Origin: Podarcis vaucheri
Taxonomy: Eukaryota
Strand: one strand, 5' to 3'
Length of the DNA: 64,000 bases
Assembly (NCBI GenBank): GCA_965113315.1
Contig: OZ220365.1
The translations under genes and the position numbers were made by a program. Of this stretch, positions 11,296 through 21,200 are shown one piece after another. The notes under the pieces are model-generated. The model was not told where the DNA came from, searched no databases, and was given only the letters and a program-made list of their open reading frames with translations. Position 1 is the first letter of the stretch. Every line of letters starts with the position of its first letter.

Positions 11296-13383
11296 AAGAA
11301 AGAGTTTTACTTGGAATATTTTCCTTTTCCATTGTACCCATTCTTCCATTAGATAAGATCGAAAGAGCTATAATAATAACAATAAGTACAACAGCAACAA
11401 TAATATTATATTATTTATACACCGCCCATTTGGCTGGGTTTCCCCAGCCACTCTGGGCAGCTTCCATCAAAAGATTAAAAATACATTAAAACATCCGTCA
11501 CATCCGTCATTAAAAACTTCCCTAAACAGCAGGTCCCTATGCCACATCAAACTGCTTTTGAATATTTTTCTCAGTTTCAAAAGTGTTTCCTATGTGGGAC
11601 GGGGGCGGGACGCACTAGACATCTAGTGGGGGGGGCTTACTCCCATGTAAAAGTTGTGAAAGTTAGTTTCAGTTTCACAACTTCCATCAGGTTTTTAAAT
11701 TATTTATAGTGTTATGATGTTCCAGGATACAGCAACCGGTTCTGCACATTTTATCTCTTCCCTGATGTCCTTCCAAATAAGCCATGGTTGCCACTTGTCA
11801 CCTAAGAAATTCTACTTAGATCAAAATGCTATTTGTGGCAGCTGCTAACTCAAATTACATATCAAAGCCATCTCTTAAGAGTCAATACAAACTACTCCTA
11901 CTCTGAAGTGTAAAAGATACTTATTGCTTCTGCAACAAACCCAAAACAAAAATGCTCTATCCTAACAGCAGGATGAATATATACAGGACCTTTTATGACA
12001 AAATTCTCCAAAGTAGAATTAAATAACCAAATAACTATGGATTGTATCCAACTCAGCTAAAAGCTTCTGTCAGTGGAACAGGAAGGGAAGCAGTGAATTC
12101 TCAGTGGTTCATCCTTCCTGCTCAAGCCTTACCCCCATGTCCATCATAAATCTGCTTCAGAGATCTTTACTCTCAGCTGAGCAATGCCATTGGTTACAAA
12201 GCTATGAACATACCAGAAATAACTGGAGAGCTGTCCAATCCATCATAAATATCCACTGAACTCTCATCATCATCTACTCCTTGAGAAGAAACTGCAAATA
12301 AAGAGAATAAAGTAATAATATGTAAGTTCACCCAGTCTATGTACGTAGTAATGGTGAACTACAAGAGAAGGTGCTAGAAAGGATCTTTAGTAGGAAATCA
12401 CTATGAGGTGAAAGAAATAAGAAGCTCTTCTCCCCTTGCACTAGTGTCCCCCTTCAAATTGTAGCCTCAGCGGTGGGTTTTATAGAATGATAAATTACCG
12501 TATTTTTTGCACCATAACACTCACTTTTTTCCTCCTAGAAAGTAAGGGGAAATGTCTGTGCGTGTTATGGAGCGAATGCCTGCGGGTGGCGGGGGGTGGG
12601 GATCTGCTGCAGTCGTGAGCAGAGGATCCATGGTTCCCCTTCCTTCCCTCCTCCGTGGTTACAAAGCATGGATCCACATGGATCCTCAGGATTTTTGCAT
12701 TGGGCTACTCCAAACTTACTGTCAGATCACATGTCTGTGGCCACAGCATGAACCACAAAAATCATATATCCACTATTTCGTTTAGAATATTTTTTTTCTT
12801 GTTTTCCTCCTCTAAAAACTACGTGCGTGTTATGGTCTGGCACGTGTTATAGAGCGAAAAATACGGTACTTAAAATGGACAAAAATAGGCCATTTTTGTG
12901 TCGGAAATAACTTCTTACATTAAAAAGATAATACAGCATCAAACATAGCCATAACAGTAATACCTAGGTCCTTATCATTTGTTCAATAATGGTATCCATC
13001 ATATTCTATGAAGCCACAAGAAGAAAATTGTAGTTAAGAGGGCATCCAATGCTTGTCTGCACAACTTTGCTCCCAAAGATCAGATTCTTAGAAAACCATA
13101 TGATGGGTCTCTCAGCAATGCAGGAAGAAAACTGATGATCTCTTCCGATGACCAGCAACAGCTCTTGCCACAACATATGACAGTCAACTGTGCTGTACAA
13201 GGAGCTACATATATTGGTCCATATATAACTTTTCTCAAGGGTTTCTTCCTTGGTATGGAGTTTCCCTACATTTATTTATTTTTTAAGTAAAAATAATCTG
13301 ATTAAAACCAACCAACAAAAAAACTTACCACCATGCAATAAATTAGAAAACGTCATCCCATCATCATCATCATCTGTTGCCAT
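827..13383 (-). CDS. CASP8AP2: CASP8-associated protein 2 / FLASH (histone pre-mRNA 3' processing factor); spliced CDS, 7 coding exons in window, last exon outside window
   Basis: Exons join in phase with GT-AG sites. They give MATDDDDDG...[20 protein letters not shown]...[28 protein letters not shown]...[16 protein letters not shown], matching recalled FLASH N- and C-terminal blocks. Adjacent to MDN1, as in mammals. Confidence 0.96.
4640..4810 (+). mobile_element. Degenerate tRNA-derived squamate SINE
   Basis: tRNA-like head (gtagcccagtg...gttcaatccc), then 'gacaatactgaactagatgg' body. Confidence 0.55.
5165..7341 (-). CDS. CASP8AP2: CASP8AP2 giant coding exon 6 (2177 nt)
   Basis: 714-aa ORF in track; acceptor aaacag at 7342 and donor G|gtat at 5164; contains [19 protein letters not shown] and [20 protein letters not shown]. 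Confidence 0.95.
8535..8904 (-). mobile_element. Sauria SINE, full length
   Basis: 5' GGGACGCGGGTGGCGCTGTGG, tRNA-like A/B boxes, (ACCTTT)n tail; flanking repeat tcatccac at 8524-8531 and 8905-8912. Confidence 0.92.
9100..9871 (-). mobile_element. 5'-truncated L1-clade LINE (ORF2 C-terminus, 3'UTR, polyA)
   Basis: Open frame [18 protein letters not shown]...[10 protein letters not shown]...W..F; AATAAA and A tail; 16-bp TSD gtaggtaacctttttc at 9084-9099 and 9872-9887. Confidence 0.9.
10090..10205 (-). CDS. CASP8AP2: CASP8AP2 coding exon 5 ([38 protein letters not shown]; Lsm11-binding coiled coil)
   Basis: 116 nt, ttag/gtatgc, highly conserved FLASH block. Confidence 0.95.
10663..10737 (-). 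CDS. CASP8AP2: CASP8AP2 coding exon 4 ([25 protein letters not shown], coiled coil)
   Basis: 75 nt, phase 0-0, caacag/gtaaag. Confidence 0.9.
11148..11248 (-). CDS. CASP8AP2: CASP8AP2 coding exon 3 (KPATK...[22 protein letters not shown])
   Basis: 101 nt, ctcag/gtatgt, conserved [12 protein letters not shown]. Confidence 0.93.
11263..11292. repeat. (GA)n microsatellite
   Basis: Directly visible. Confidence 0.95.
12214..12291 (-). CDS. CASP8AP2: CASP8AP2 coding exon 2 ([25 protein letters not shown])
   Basis: 78 nt, phase 1-1, ttgcag/gtatg, DIY-GLDS motif. Confidence 0.9.
12498..12866. mobile_element. Non-autonomous Tc1/mariner-superfamily DNA transposon
   Basis: TIR CCGTATTTTT.../...AAAAATACGG, TA on both sides; related to 23383-23640. 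Confidence 0.85.
13329..13383 (-). CDS. CASP8AP2: CASP8AP2 coding exon 1 ([18 protein letters not shown]); exon acceptor at 13410, short 5'UTR 13384-13409
   Basis: ATG at 13383, donor G|GTAAGT, T-tract followed by CAG acceptor. Confidence 0.9.
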
Positions 13384-13897
13384 TATACTCTCTTCCTAGT
13401 ATTCTCCATCTGCATTTGGCAACAAAAAAAAAAAAAGATTCTGATTAGCCTAAGTAAAATCATACAGGTTATTAATATAGAAGGCAATCCATCAGAGAAA
13501 GATGGATCTCTTTATTCTGTTTTCACAATGGGACACAAGTGTTCTTGCATACACAGATGATGGCCAGGATGGGAAGAACATATTCACAGGTGAATGAGAT
13601 TGCCAACATTTATTTTTGCAACAAACAGTTCCATAGCACTAAGCAGTGTTGTATCTACAGGGAAGCTAGTCAGATCTTTTTGCCCCTGGTGAAGCCACTA
13701 GGGGGGGCACAATTGAGGCTCCCAGCTTGTGTGTGTAAATGTGTATGGGGTGTGTGCCAAATTGGGTCTTTGACCTAGGTGAAGTAAAACCTAGTTTCGC
13801 CCCTGGCACTAAAGCTAACCATAACTTGACAAGAATGAGCAAACATGTGGCTTCCCAGAACCAAGATTGTAGACAATAACACTACTTAGGCCTAAGC

Positions 13898-14095
13898 CAG
13901 AGCTTTCCAAACTGTGTGTCAGGACAAATTAGTGTGTCGGCTGCACTGTGTTGTTGAGTGTGTCTTGAAAATGCTCCCAGGGCTGGAAATGGATTAATTT
14001 AACCTCTGATTTGCTAGTGAAACTGAATTACTGTGTCATGAAATGACACCTGTCTAAAAAGTGTGTCACCAACATGAAAAGTTTGGAAAGCTCTG
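13898..14095. mobile_element. hAT MITE
   Basis: 16-bp TIR CAGAGCTTTCCAAACT, perfect 8-bp TSD gcctaagc. Confidence 0.9.
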
Positions 14096-14759
14096 GCCTA
14101 AGCCATGGTTTGGCTTCGGGTTATGTTTGAACCTGGGCTTGTGGTTTGTCCACCAAGTCAGAGGCGAGGGGGAAAGCAAGTGAAGAGCAGTTCTCCAAAG
14201 AGGACAGAGTAGAGCAACCACTGTATACAATTCTTCCTATAAAAAAAGTACAGGGCCTACTGCTCAAACAAGTCTTCTCCAACGAAAAGCAGTCTTCACT
14301 CTTAACCATGATAAGTAAAAGTGCTTTCTCATTACTAAACAGCAAGGCACTCTGCACATGTTCTTTGTGCACTTATGCACAACCCTAGTCTACTTAACTG
14401 AGAGCAAGCCTCACTGAATTCAACATTTAATTATTCCTCAGCAGACAAGTTTAGCATTACAGGGTTAGTCCTGGACTCAGGAGGGGTGTGGGAAGACAAA
14501 TTCCACCCAAAGCAGAACTAAGTGGCGATATAAAACATGACCCACCACCACTCTCCGGTTAAACTGGTGCGGTCCAAGTCCGCCACTTCGGAACTTCGAC
14601 CCATTTGTTTCCCTCTTCGGGTGCTGACCAGGCCTTAAGGCAGCCCCAGCCCCCACTTTCACCCCAGTGACCTCCAGCTGCTGTTGGACTACATGCCCAG
14701 TCACCACAAACCAGGATGGCTTGAGTTGTAGTCCAGCAACGTCTGGAGGGCCATAAAGG

Positions 14760-15630
14760 CACCCCCGCCCCGCCCTCCAAACCCCCAGCCTTGCAGAAAG
14801 CGGGGGCGAGAAAGTGGGAGACGTGGGAACTGGGAGCGGGAAGAGTTACATGCTGGTGGGGGGGTGGGGTACGATGCCGTTCGGGGAGAGACAATATATA
14901 GATAACTCGGGAGATGTGCTCGTGGGAATGCCGCCGCGGGGATCGGCAGGGGTTCCGGGCAGGTGAGGCAGCCACTCTCCCACCCGCTTGATCCCCACGA
15001 GAGAAAAACACCCCCACTCCCTTCCCGGGCCACTTATTTCTACAAACCGGAATAACGCGCGCCGTGCCGCCTCCGCTGCTCCTCCTCACTTTCGCTCCCT
15101 CGGCCGGCGGCCGCCGCTGCCTCTCTCGCTGACAACACTCCCCCCACCCCAAAACACCGCCACCTTCGCCGCCGCCAAACGGGAGAGGTGGCGCCCGGAA
15201 GAGCCCGGCCAATCACCGGAGACGCTGGGGCGCGCGCCGTGCCTCGACGTCAGCAGCTCCCACCTCCGCCACAGAAACGCTTGGCGCCAAAAGGAAGCGA
15301 CAAGGCCCGCCCCTTGGGGATGCAGGCAGGCCGGGCGGGTTTTCTTCGCCGGAGCTGCTTCGACGAGCGGCTCCGCTGGGGGGCGTCTGCTTTTGCTCTC
15401 GGGAGCAACCCGGCGGATTCTGTTTTTATATATACAAACTCAAGCCCTGAAGCCGCCGTCGGTGTTTTGATACTGCAAAGCTACCAGAAAGCTTCGTGGC
15501 TAATAACTTTGCCGGGGCAGAAGTTTGGGTTGGCGCAGCCGCAGAGCCCGTTTTAATCAGAGAGGAGCATTTGTTTGTTTCGCCAAAAGCCTTATTGCCG
15601 TAACGTCAGCTGTCAGACGTGCACGAAGAC
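14760..15630 (-). promoter_or_regulatory. CpG island / promoter and non-coding first exon of CASP8AP2
   Basis: GC- and CpG-rich. Contains CCGGAAG (ETS-like, ~15195), CCAAT (15209-15213), CRE-like GACGTCA (~15246), E2F-type TTGGCGCCAAAA (15281-15292) and a GC box (~15305). Candidate donor AAA|GTGAGG at 15089. Confidence 0.8.
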
Positions 15631-15795
15631 AGAGAAACTCTCCTCTGTCAGTTGAGGGCATACCCCAAATATGTGACATGGAGTGGGCCCCTAAAAGCTG
15701 TAATCCTGTTCACGAGGACTGGGAGAAAGTCCCGTTAAATGCAATGGAGCTTACTTCCAAATAAACATGCATAGGGTTATGGAAAAGCTCATGCC

Positions 15796-15940
15796 CAGTG
15801 CTTTTTCTGCGGGTACTCAAGGGTACGCAGTACCAACACCTTTCCTTACAAATGTTAAAAGTGTGGCACTTACTGTAACAACTTCATGGCGAGTACCAAC
15901 ACCTTTTTCCTATTTTAGTTTTTTAAAACCAAAAGCACTG
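15796..15940. mobile_element. hAT-like MITE
   Basis: TIR CAGTGCTTTT, 6/8 TSD (ctcatgcc/cttatgtc); related to 37820-37975. Confidence 0.7.
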
Positions 15941-17020
15941 CTTATGTCACAGTACACATTGCAAGCCTACGCTTGTCTACTCAGAAGTAAGCCCTGTTGA
16001 ATTCAGTGGAACTTACATGTAAAGGAGTAAGGCCCACTGGGTACAGTGGAGCTTCTGAAGAAAGGTGCAAGGTCGCACTATTACCGTAAGTCTTCAAGGT
16101 GCTGCTATATTATTTGCTGTTGGAGTAAGTAATAGACCTCAAATGAGCAACGGTTCAGCATTTTTTAAAAAGGTATCTAGCAATCCATCTGTCATCTCCC
16201 AGGTAAAGAGGAAGGGAAAAGGATGACTGAAGTTGGCTGTTGGATAATTTTTTGTGGTTTTGGAAACTCAGCAAATAAGATAAGACCTTTGCAACTGAAT
16301 TTTATGTATGCTTTCTCAGCAGAAAGCCCTGGAGTTCAATGTGACATACTGTCATGTAGTGTATAGCTGCTATAGCACATACAGTTAATTACATCTTGTA
16401 CCAACTAGTGGTTAAAAAGATTGATTGTAAATTTTCAGATCTCCTTTGACCTAAAAAGTTAACTCTGTCATTTGCTGCCTTTGTTCCAGCTATCCCATAT
16501 AGTTTTTAAGGTTCATTACAACAGCAATACTTTTGATAGCAGCAACTTTGTCTTTTGGCATACAAACTTGTTCGCATGCAACAAAGTGCTTTTGGCCACT
16601 TCCATTTAAGGTGCTCTGTGCAATCTAACCCTTTGTATATTTATTTGAGACTTAATCTGAATAAACTCCATTCAACTTTATCCCTGGTAAGTGTGTTTAA
16701 GATTGCAGCTGTGCGGTCCTGTCCTGTGCAGGTTTAGGTGTGTCAGGGATTGTTGCCTAGAAATAATGGACTTGTAAGCTTAATTTTCCATAAGACTTGC
16801 TGGGCTTTTGATGTTTTGTCCCCAGAGCACAGGCCCTGCTATTCAGTACAGTATAGTGCTAGAGGACCACAACCCTGAGTATTTTCATGCCGTTTTTAAA
16901 CTATTCCCACTACCCTTGAAAACCCATTTCTCTCCTCGCTCTAACATAAACTGATGTAGCTCCATCTAACTGGGAAAAGGTTTTGTTGCTGTTGTTGTTT
17001 ATCAGCACACTTTTGTTTTA

Positions 17021-17255
17021 GTTACAGGTAGGTAGCCGTGTTGGTCTGCCTAGTTGAAACAAAATAAAATAAAACAATTCCTTCCAATAGCACTTTAGAG
17101 ACCAACTAAGTTAGTTATTGGTATGAGCTTTCTTCTTAGTTGGTCTCCAAGGTGCTACGGTCACGACTGGACCTAATGGTCAGGGGTCCCTTTACCTTTA
17201 CTTTTTAAGGTGCTACTGGAAGGATTTATTTTATTTTATTTTTTATTTTGTTTTG
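17021..17255. mobile_element. Palindromic Penelope-like remnant carrying a nested SINE 3' fragment
   Basis: Inverted arms gagaccaactaag/cttagttggtctc and ccttcca..agcac/gtgctac..tggaagg; family assignment from memory. Confidence 0.6.
17159..17206 (+). mobile_element. 48-bp 3' fragment of Sauria SINE / Bov-B-type tail
   Basis: gtcacgactggac...gtcaggggtccctttaccttta resembles the reverse complement of the tail at ~8537-8580; 10-bp TSD aaggtgctac. Confidence 0.85.
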
Positions 17256-17309
17256 TTTGTTTGTGCGGAAGTACGTCCCAATGGGATGTTCCCAGTGCTT
17301 TAAAGCCCA

Positions 17310-18210
17310 AAAGCCCTGCAGCCGCCGCGTTTCTGTTTTTATCTAACCCAAACCCGGCTTTTGAGGGACTTGGCGCAAAAACCCCGCGCAACTTCAGCCT
17401 ACAGCGTAGGAGAGGATGGAAATCCTATTTATCCCAGTGCGCAACGCTCTAAAGTCTAAACTATGCAGAGTTGCTACGAAGGTAAGTCGCCGTGCATGCT
17501 GGTATGAGTAGTTTTTGTGCGTGTGTGTCTCTGCAAGAGGCGGGTGAAAAAGCAAAGGCCGAGACCATCCCTCCTCCGCCTTGGTTTGTCGCCGGGAGAT
17601 GACGCGGCGTATACACGGGGAAAACGAAAGTCGCTCTTCTTCCCCACGTGTCGCGCAGCAGCAGCGGGTGGCGGAGGGCGCTAGCTGGCTGCCTCCGCGC
17701 GCGCACGCCCACCGCCCGTTACCTGGGTCCCGGGGCGGAGGGGAGCTGCTCCGGGAAAGCCGAGGCAATGGAGCACCTGCGTCTCAGCCTGGCGGCTCCG
17801 CTGCAGATGGTCGCGCAGAGGAACGAGAGGAGCAGCGGCGAGCTCAGCAGGTTCCTCGCCAAACAGGTGGGAGAGCAACAATAGCGGCAGCGGCAGCGGC
17901 GCCCTCTTCGCCCTCCGCAGTCGTGGGGGGAGGGCGGTGATGGACATGGAGCTGGGGGAGGGGGCAGCCAGGCAGCCTTTGCCTGGGGCTGGCCGTCCAT
18001 CTTCGCTGGCTCGACCCCCCTCCCCGCGCGCGCCGTTTCTTCAAAGTGCCTTGTGGGCGGAGGGGGGTGATCTGGCTGGAGAAGGAGAGGGAGCAGAGCT
18101 GGGTCTTGCCTTCTTTGTTTTCTCATGGTGGCGGGAGGTGGGGAGGAAAGGAGGCGAGATTGCGGCACAGTCCCCTCCATGAGCCTCCCAGCGCTTTAAA
18201 AGCCCCAAGC
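17310..18210 (+). promoter_or_regulatory. CpG island / promoter of MDN1
   Basis: GC- and CpG-rich around the ATG at 17768; E2F-like TTGGCGCAAAA at 17370-17380; E-box CACGTG at 17645-17650. Confidence 0.82.
17768..17866 (+). CDS. MDN1: MDN1 exon 1
   Basis: MEHLRLSLAAPLQMVAQRNERSSGELSRFLAKQ, donor CAG|gtggga. Confidence 0.92.
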
Positions 18211-21200
18211 AGAGTGGAGATGGTTCAAATTTGTAAAGAGACTCTCTGGATCGCCGAGGAGCTTCGTCTGTTTGTATTGCCTGTTGTTTTTTTTATTTTT
18301 GTTTTTAAGAATATACTTTGGCACAATCCTATCTGTTTACTTAAAGTGTTGTGTTTTGTTTTCCCAACTGCAAGGAAATGCTGCCTTGTTCAAATGTATA
18401 TCCATACTTGGAAGATTTCTCACTTTGTTGCTGTAAAGTTGATACTTCTCTGCTTACAAATTTGCAATACTATACACACACGCCTCCACCATTGAGTTTG
18501 GGTAGTTGAAAAATACTGTTAGCCCCTCCTGTAAATGAACTCTTATACCACTTAAAGGAGTGTGTGTGTGTGTGTGTAGGGCCGAAACTAGGCTTTCTGT
18601 CACCAGGGCAAAGACCCAGTTCGGCACCCCCCCCATACATTTGTTCATAAAGGTCATGACAAGTAGTTTGAAAGAGACTGGAGAAGAGTTAGTTTCTCCA
18701 AATAGTAAAATTTTCTGTGTGTATCTGGCTTTCATTCAACCTCAAAAGAGTAATACTGTAGATCATTTGAGGAATTCTAAGAAGTATTATGACTATGATC
18801 AAAGGGAAGAGATACTGACACACACACCCCTTTGACTATGGCCCTGGTGGATGTTTGTTTGTGTATGTAGGTACTTCTAGTCCCATTCAAAAAACTTTTA
18901 ATCATGGAGAAATAAATTATTTTGGTCATCTGCACGAACAAAAAGATTTAGGACTGATTCAGTCTGTTGCAAACGTAAGTGGAAAGCACATCAGTACAGT
19001 ATGTGGCGAAATATGAAAGTCTTGTGTAGGTCCCCATGTCTCAGATCACATACATGATATCCAATATTTGCATATCAAAATGAATGCATGTATTGTATGG
19101 TTATGGAGCCTGAGACTGCTGGTGATTTTCACTATTTACTCCATCCTCAACAAAGTGCTTTTTGTGTATTAAAAGAGAGACTAATGTTTGAAGGCCTGTG
19201 GATTACAAAGCTCTGTAAAGATGAGGGGTCATAATTCAATTTTAGTACAGCATTTTAGTTTCTCTTCATACTGGCATTAACTCTTTAGTAAATTTGCAGT
19301 TGCTTAATTTGGAGCTTAATTTGGCTTGCTTTAAAATTAAACACTATTAATATAAGGGGGAGCTAATTTAACTAATATCTTGTTTGCAAGAAGAATAGTC
19401 AGTTCTATTGTACTCAGTTTGAAACTATATCTATCCACATTCTGCAAATATTTTTTTTTCAATGCTATGCTGTACGATACTTAAATCTTTAAATGTTTCT
19501 TTGATAATCCTTTAATCTTCCTGCCATACCAGTGTGAGTGTGAGTCACCACACCCTTGTGAGAAGCACTGTGCTAGAATTTAGGTGGAAATCTAAGTTTA
19601 GGTAATTTTTAATTGATGAAATAGTAGTATGCTAACAGCAATAACAAAACAGAGGTTGTGCTTGCAGCAAAAATTAGTTTAATTAGAAATATTCCCAACC
19701 GGTAAAATACTGTTCTTCCCCCCTAATCATACATTCAGATGGGGCAAACAGATTTCAAGCTTTGTAGCAAATTGGTTACAGCAACAACAAATTATTTTTA
19801 CAGCTTGCTTAATCCATCTCTCATTGTTTTACTATAGAGCTTGAGCAAACATTTGGGAAAAGGTTATCTGCTCTCTTTGGACCACAGAGCGCTGTTCTTG
19901 TTTACAGGGCCCCCTTGTTTTATGTATCACTTTTCTGAGTAGCTACATCCCATCACTGTGATCCAAATGTAGTTTGCAGTGTTGTTTCAGGAAAATATAT
20001 CTCACTGGGTACAAAACCTTCCATCAGATTTGTACCATAGTGTTTAAAGAGAACTGATTCATGTGCCCGTTGAAAAGTAGTTCACTAGAAATGATTTTAC
20101 AAGGTTGGAATTTGTTTTTGGGGTTTTTTTTGTCAAAAGATTCAAAGATTTTCAAGGAATGAAAATAAAAGTTATCTACATCTTTCCTAATTCTGTTATG
20201 TTACTCTTTGTAGGGCTAGAAATTTCTTCCCTAACTACTGTCCTTGGGACTATTTAGATTAAGCTGTCATAGATCTTTAGGCACTCATTTTGTACATTAC
20301 AGTGGTGCCCCGCAAGACGAATGCCTCGCAAGACGGAAAACCCGCAAGAAGAAAGCCCATAGGGAAATCTCCGGGGACCTCTTTTAAATGCTGGCGGTGG
20401 GGAGCAAAGCCTCCCCTCCCCTCCGGCCTTCAGAAGAGGTCCAGGAAGGCCGGCGGGGGCCGAAAGGCTTTGCTCCCCACCGCCAGCATTTTAAAAGCAG
20501 TCTGGGATAGCAGGGAAGCGCTTCCCGCTATCCCGGACGGCTTTTGAAGGCAGGTGGGGGGGAGCAAATACTTTTGCCCCCCGCCGGCCTTCAGAAGAGG
20601 TCCAGGACCTCTTCTGAAGGCTGGCGGGGGGCAAAAGTCTTTGCTCCCCCCTGCCTGCCTTCCCGGGAGAGCGGAGAAACGCGCTGCGTTTCTCCGCTGT
20701 CCCGGACGGCTTTTGAAGGCAGGCGGGGGGGGGAGCAAAGACTTTCGCCCCCTGCCTGCCTTCAGAAGAGGTCCAGGACCTCTTCTGAAGGCTGGCGGGG
20801 GGTGAAAGTCTTTGTCCCCCCCTGCCTGCCTTCCCAGAGGCTTTTAAATCGCCCCGGACAGCGGAGAAGTCCTCCGCTCTCCCGGGGCGATTTTAAAATG
20901 CCGCCCGCCAGCATTTTAAGATCGCCCCGGACAGCGGAGAAGTCCTCCGCTGTCCCGGGGTTTTTTAAAATGCTGGAGGTGGGAAGAAAAGCCCTCCCCC
21001 CCCAGCCTTCAGAAGAGGTTGGGGGACAGACTGTCCCCGGACCTGGTCTGAAGGCGGTTTCCATAGGAACGCATTGATTGATTTTCAATGCATTCCTATG
21101 GGAAACCGTGCTTCGCAAGACGAAAAACTCGCAAGAAGAAAAAACTTGCGGAACGAATTAATTTCGTCTTGCGAGGCACCACTGTACTTTGACTGGGGTG

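Noticed and set aside
14477-15764. Long ORFs (up to 217 aa) in the CASP8AP2 CpG island
   Set aside because: Expected from stop-codon scarcity in GC-rich DNA; low complexity, no family motifs
17394-18495. Multiple ORFs around MDN1 exon 1
   Set aside because: GC-rich artefacts; only 17768-17866 matches midasin
20290-21118. Repetitive ORFs and a CRISPR-like repeat pattern
   Set aside because: Internal inverted modules of a TIR element in a vertebrate intron; no unique spacers, no cas genes, no transposase motif
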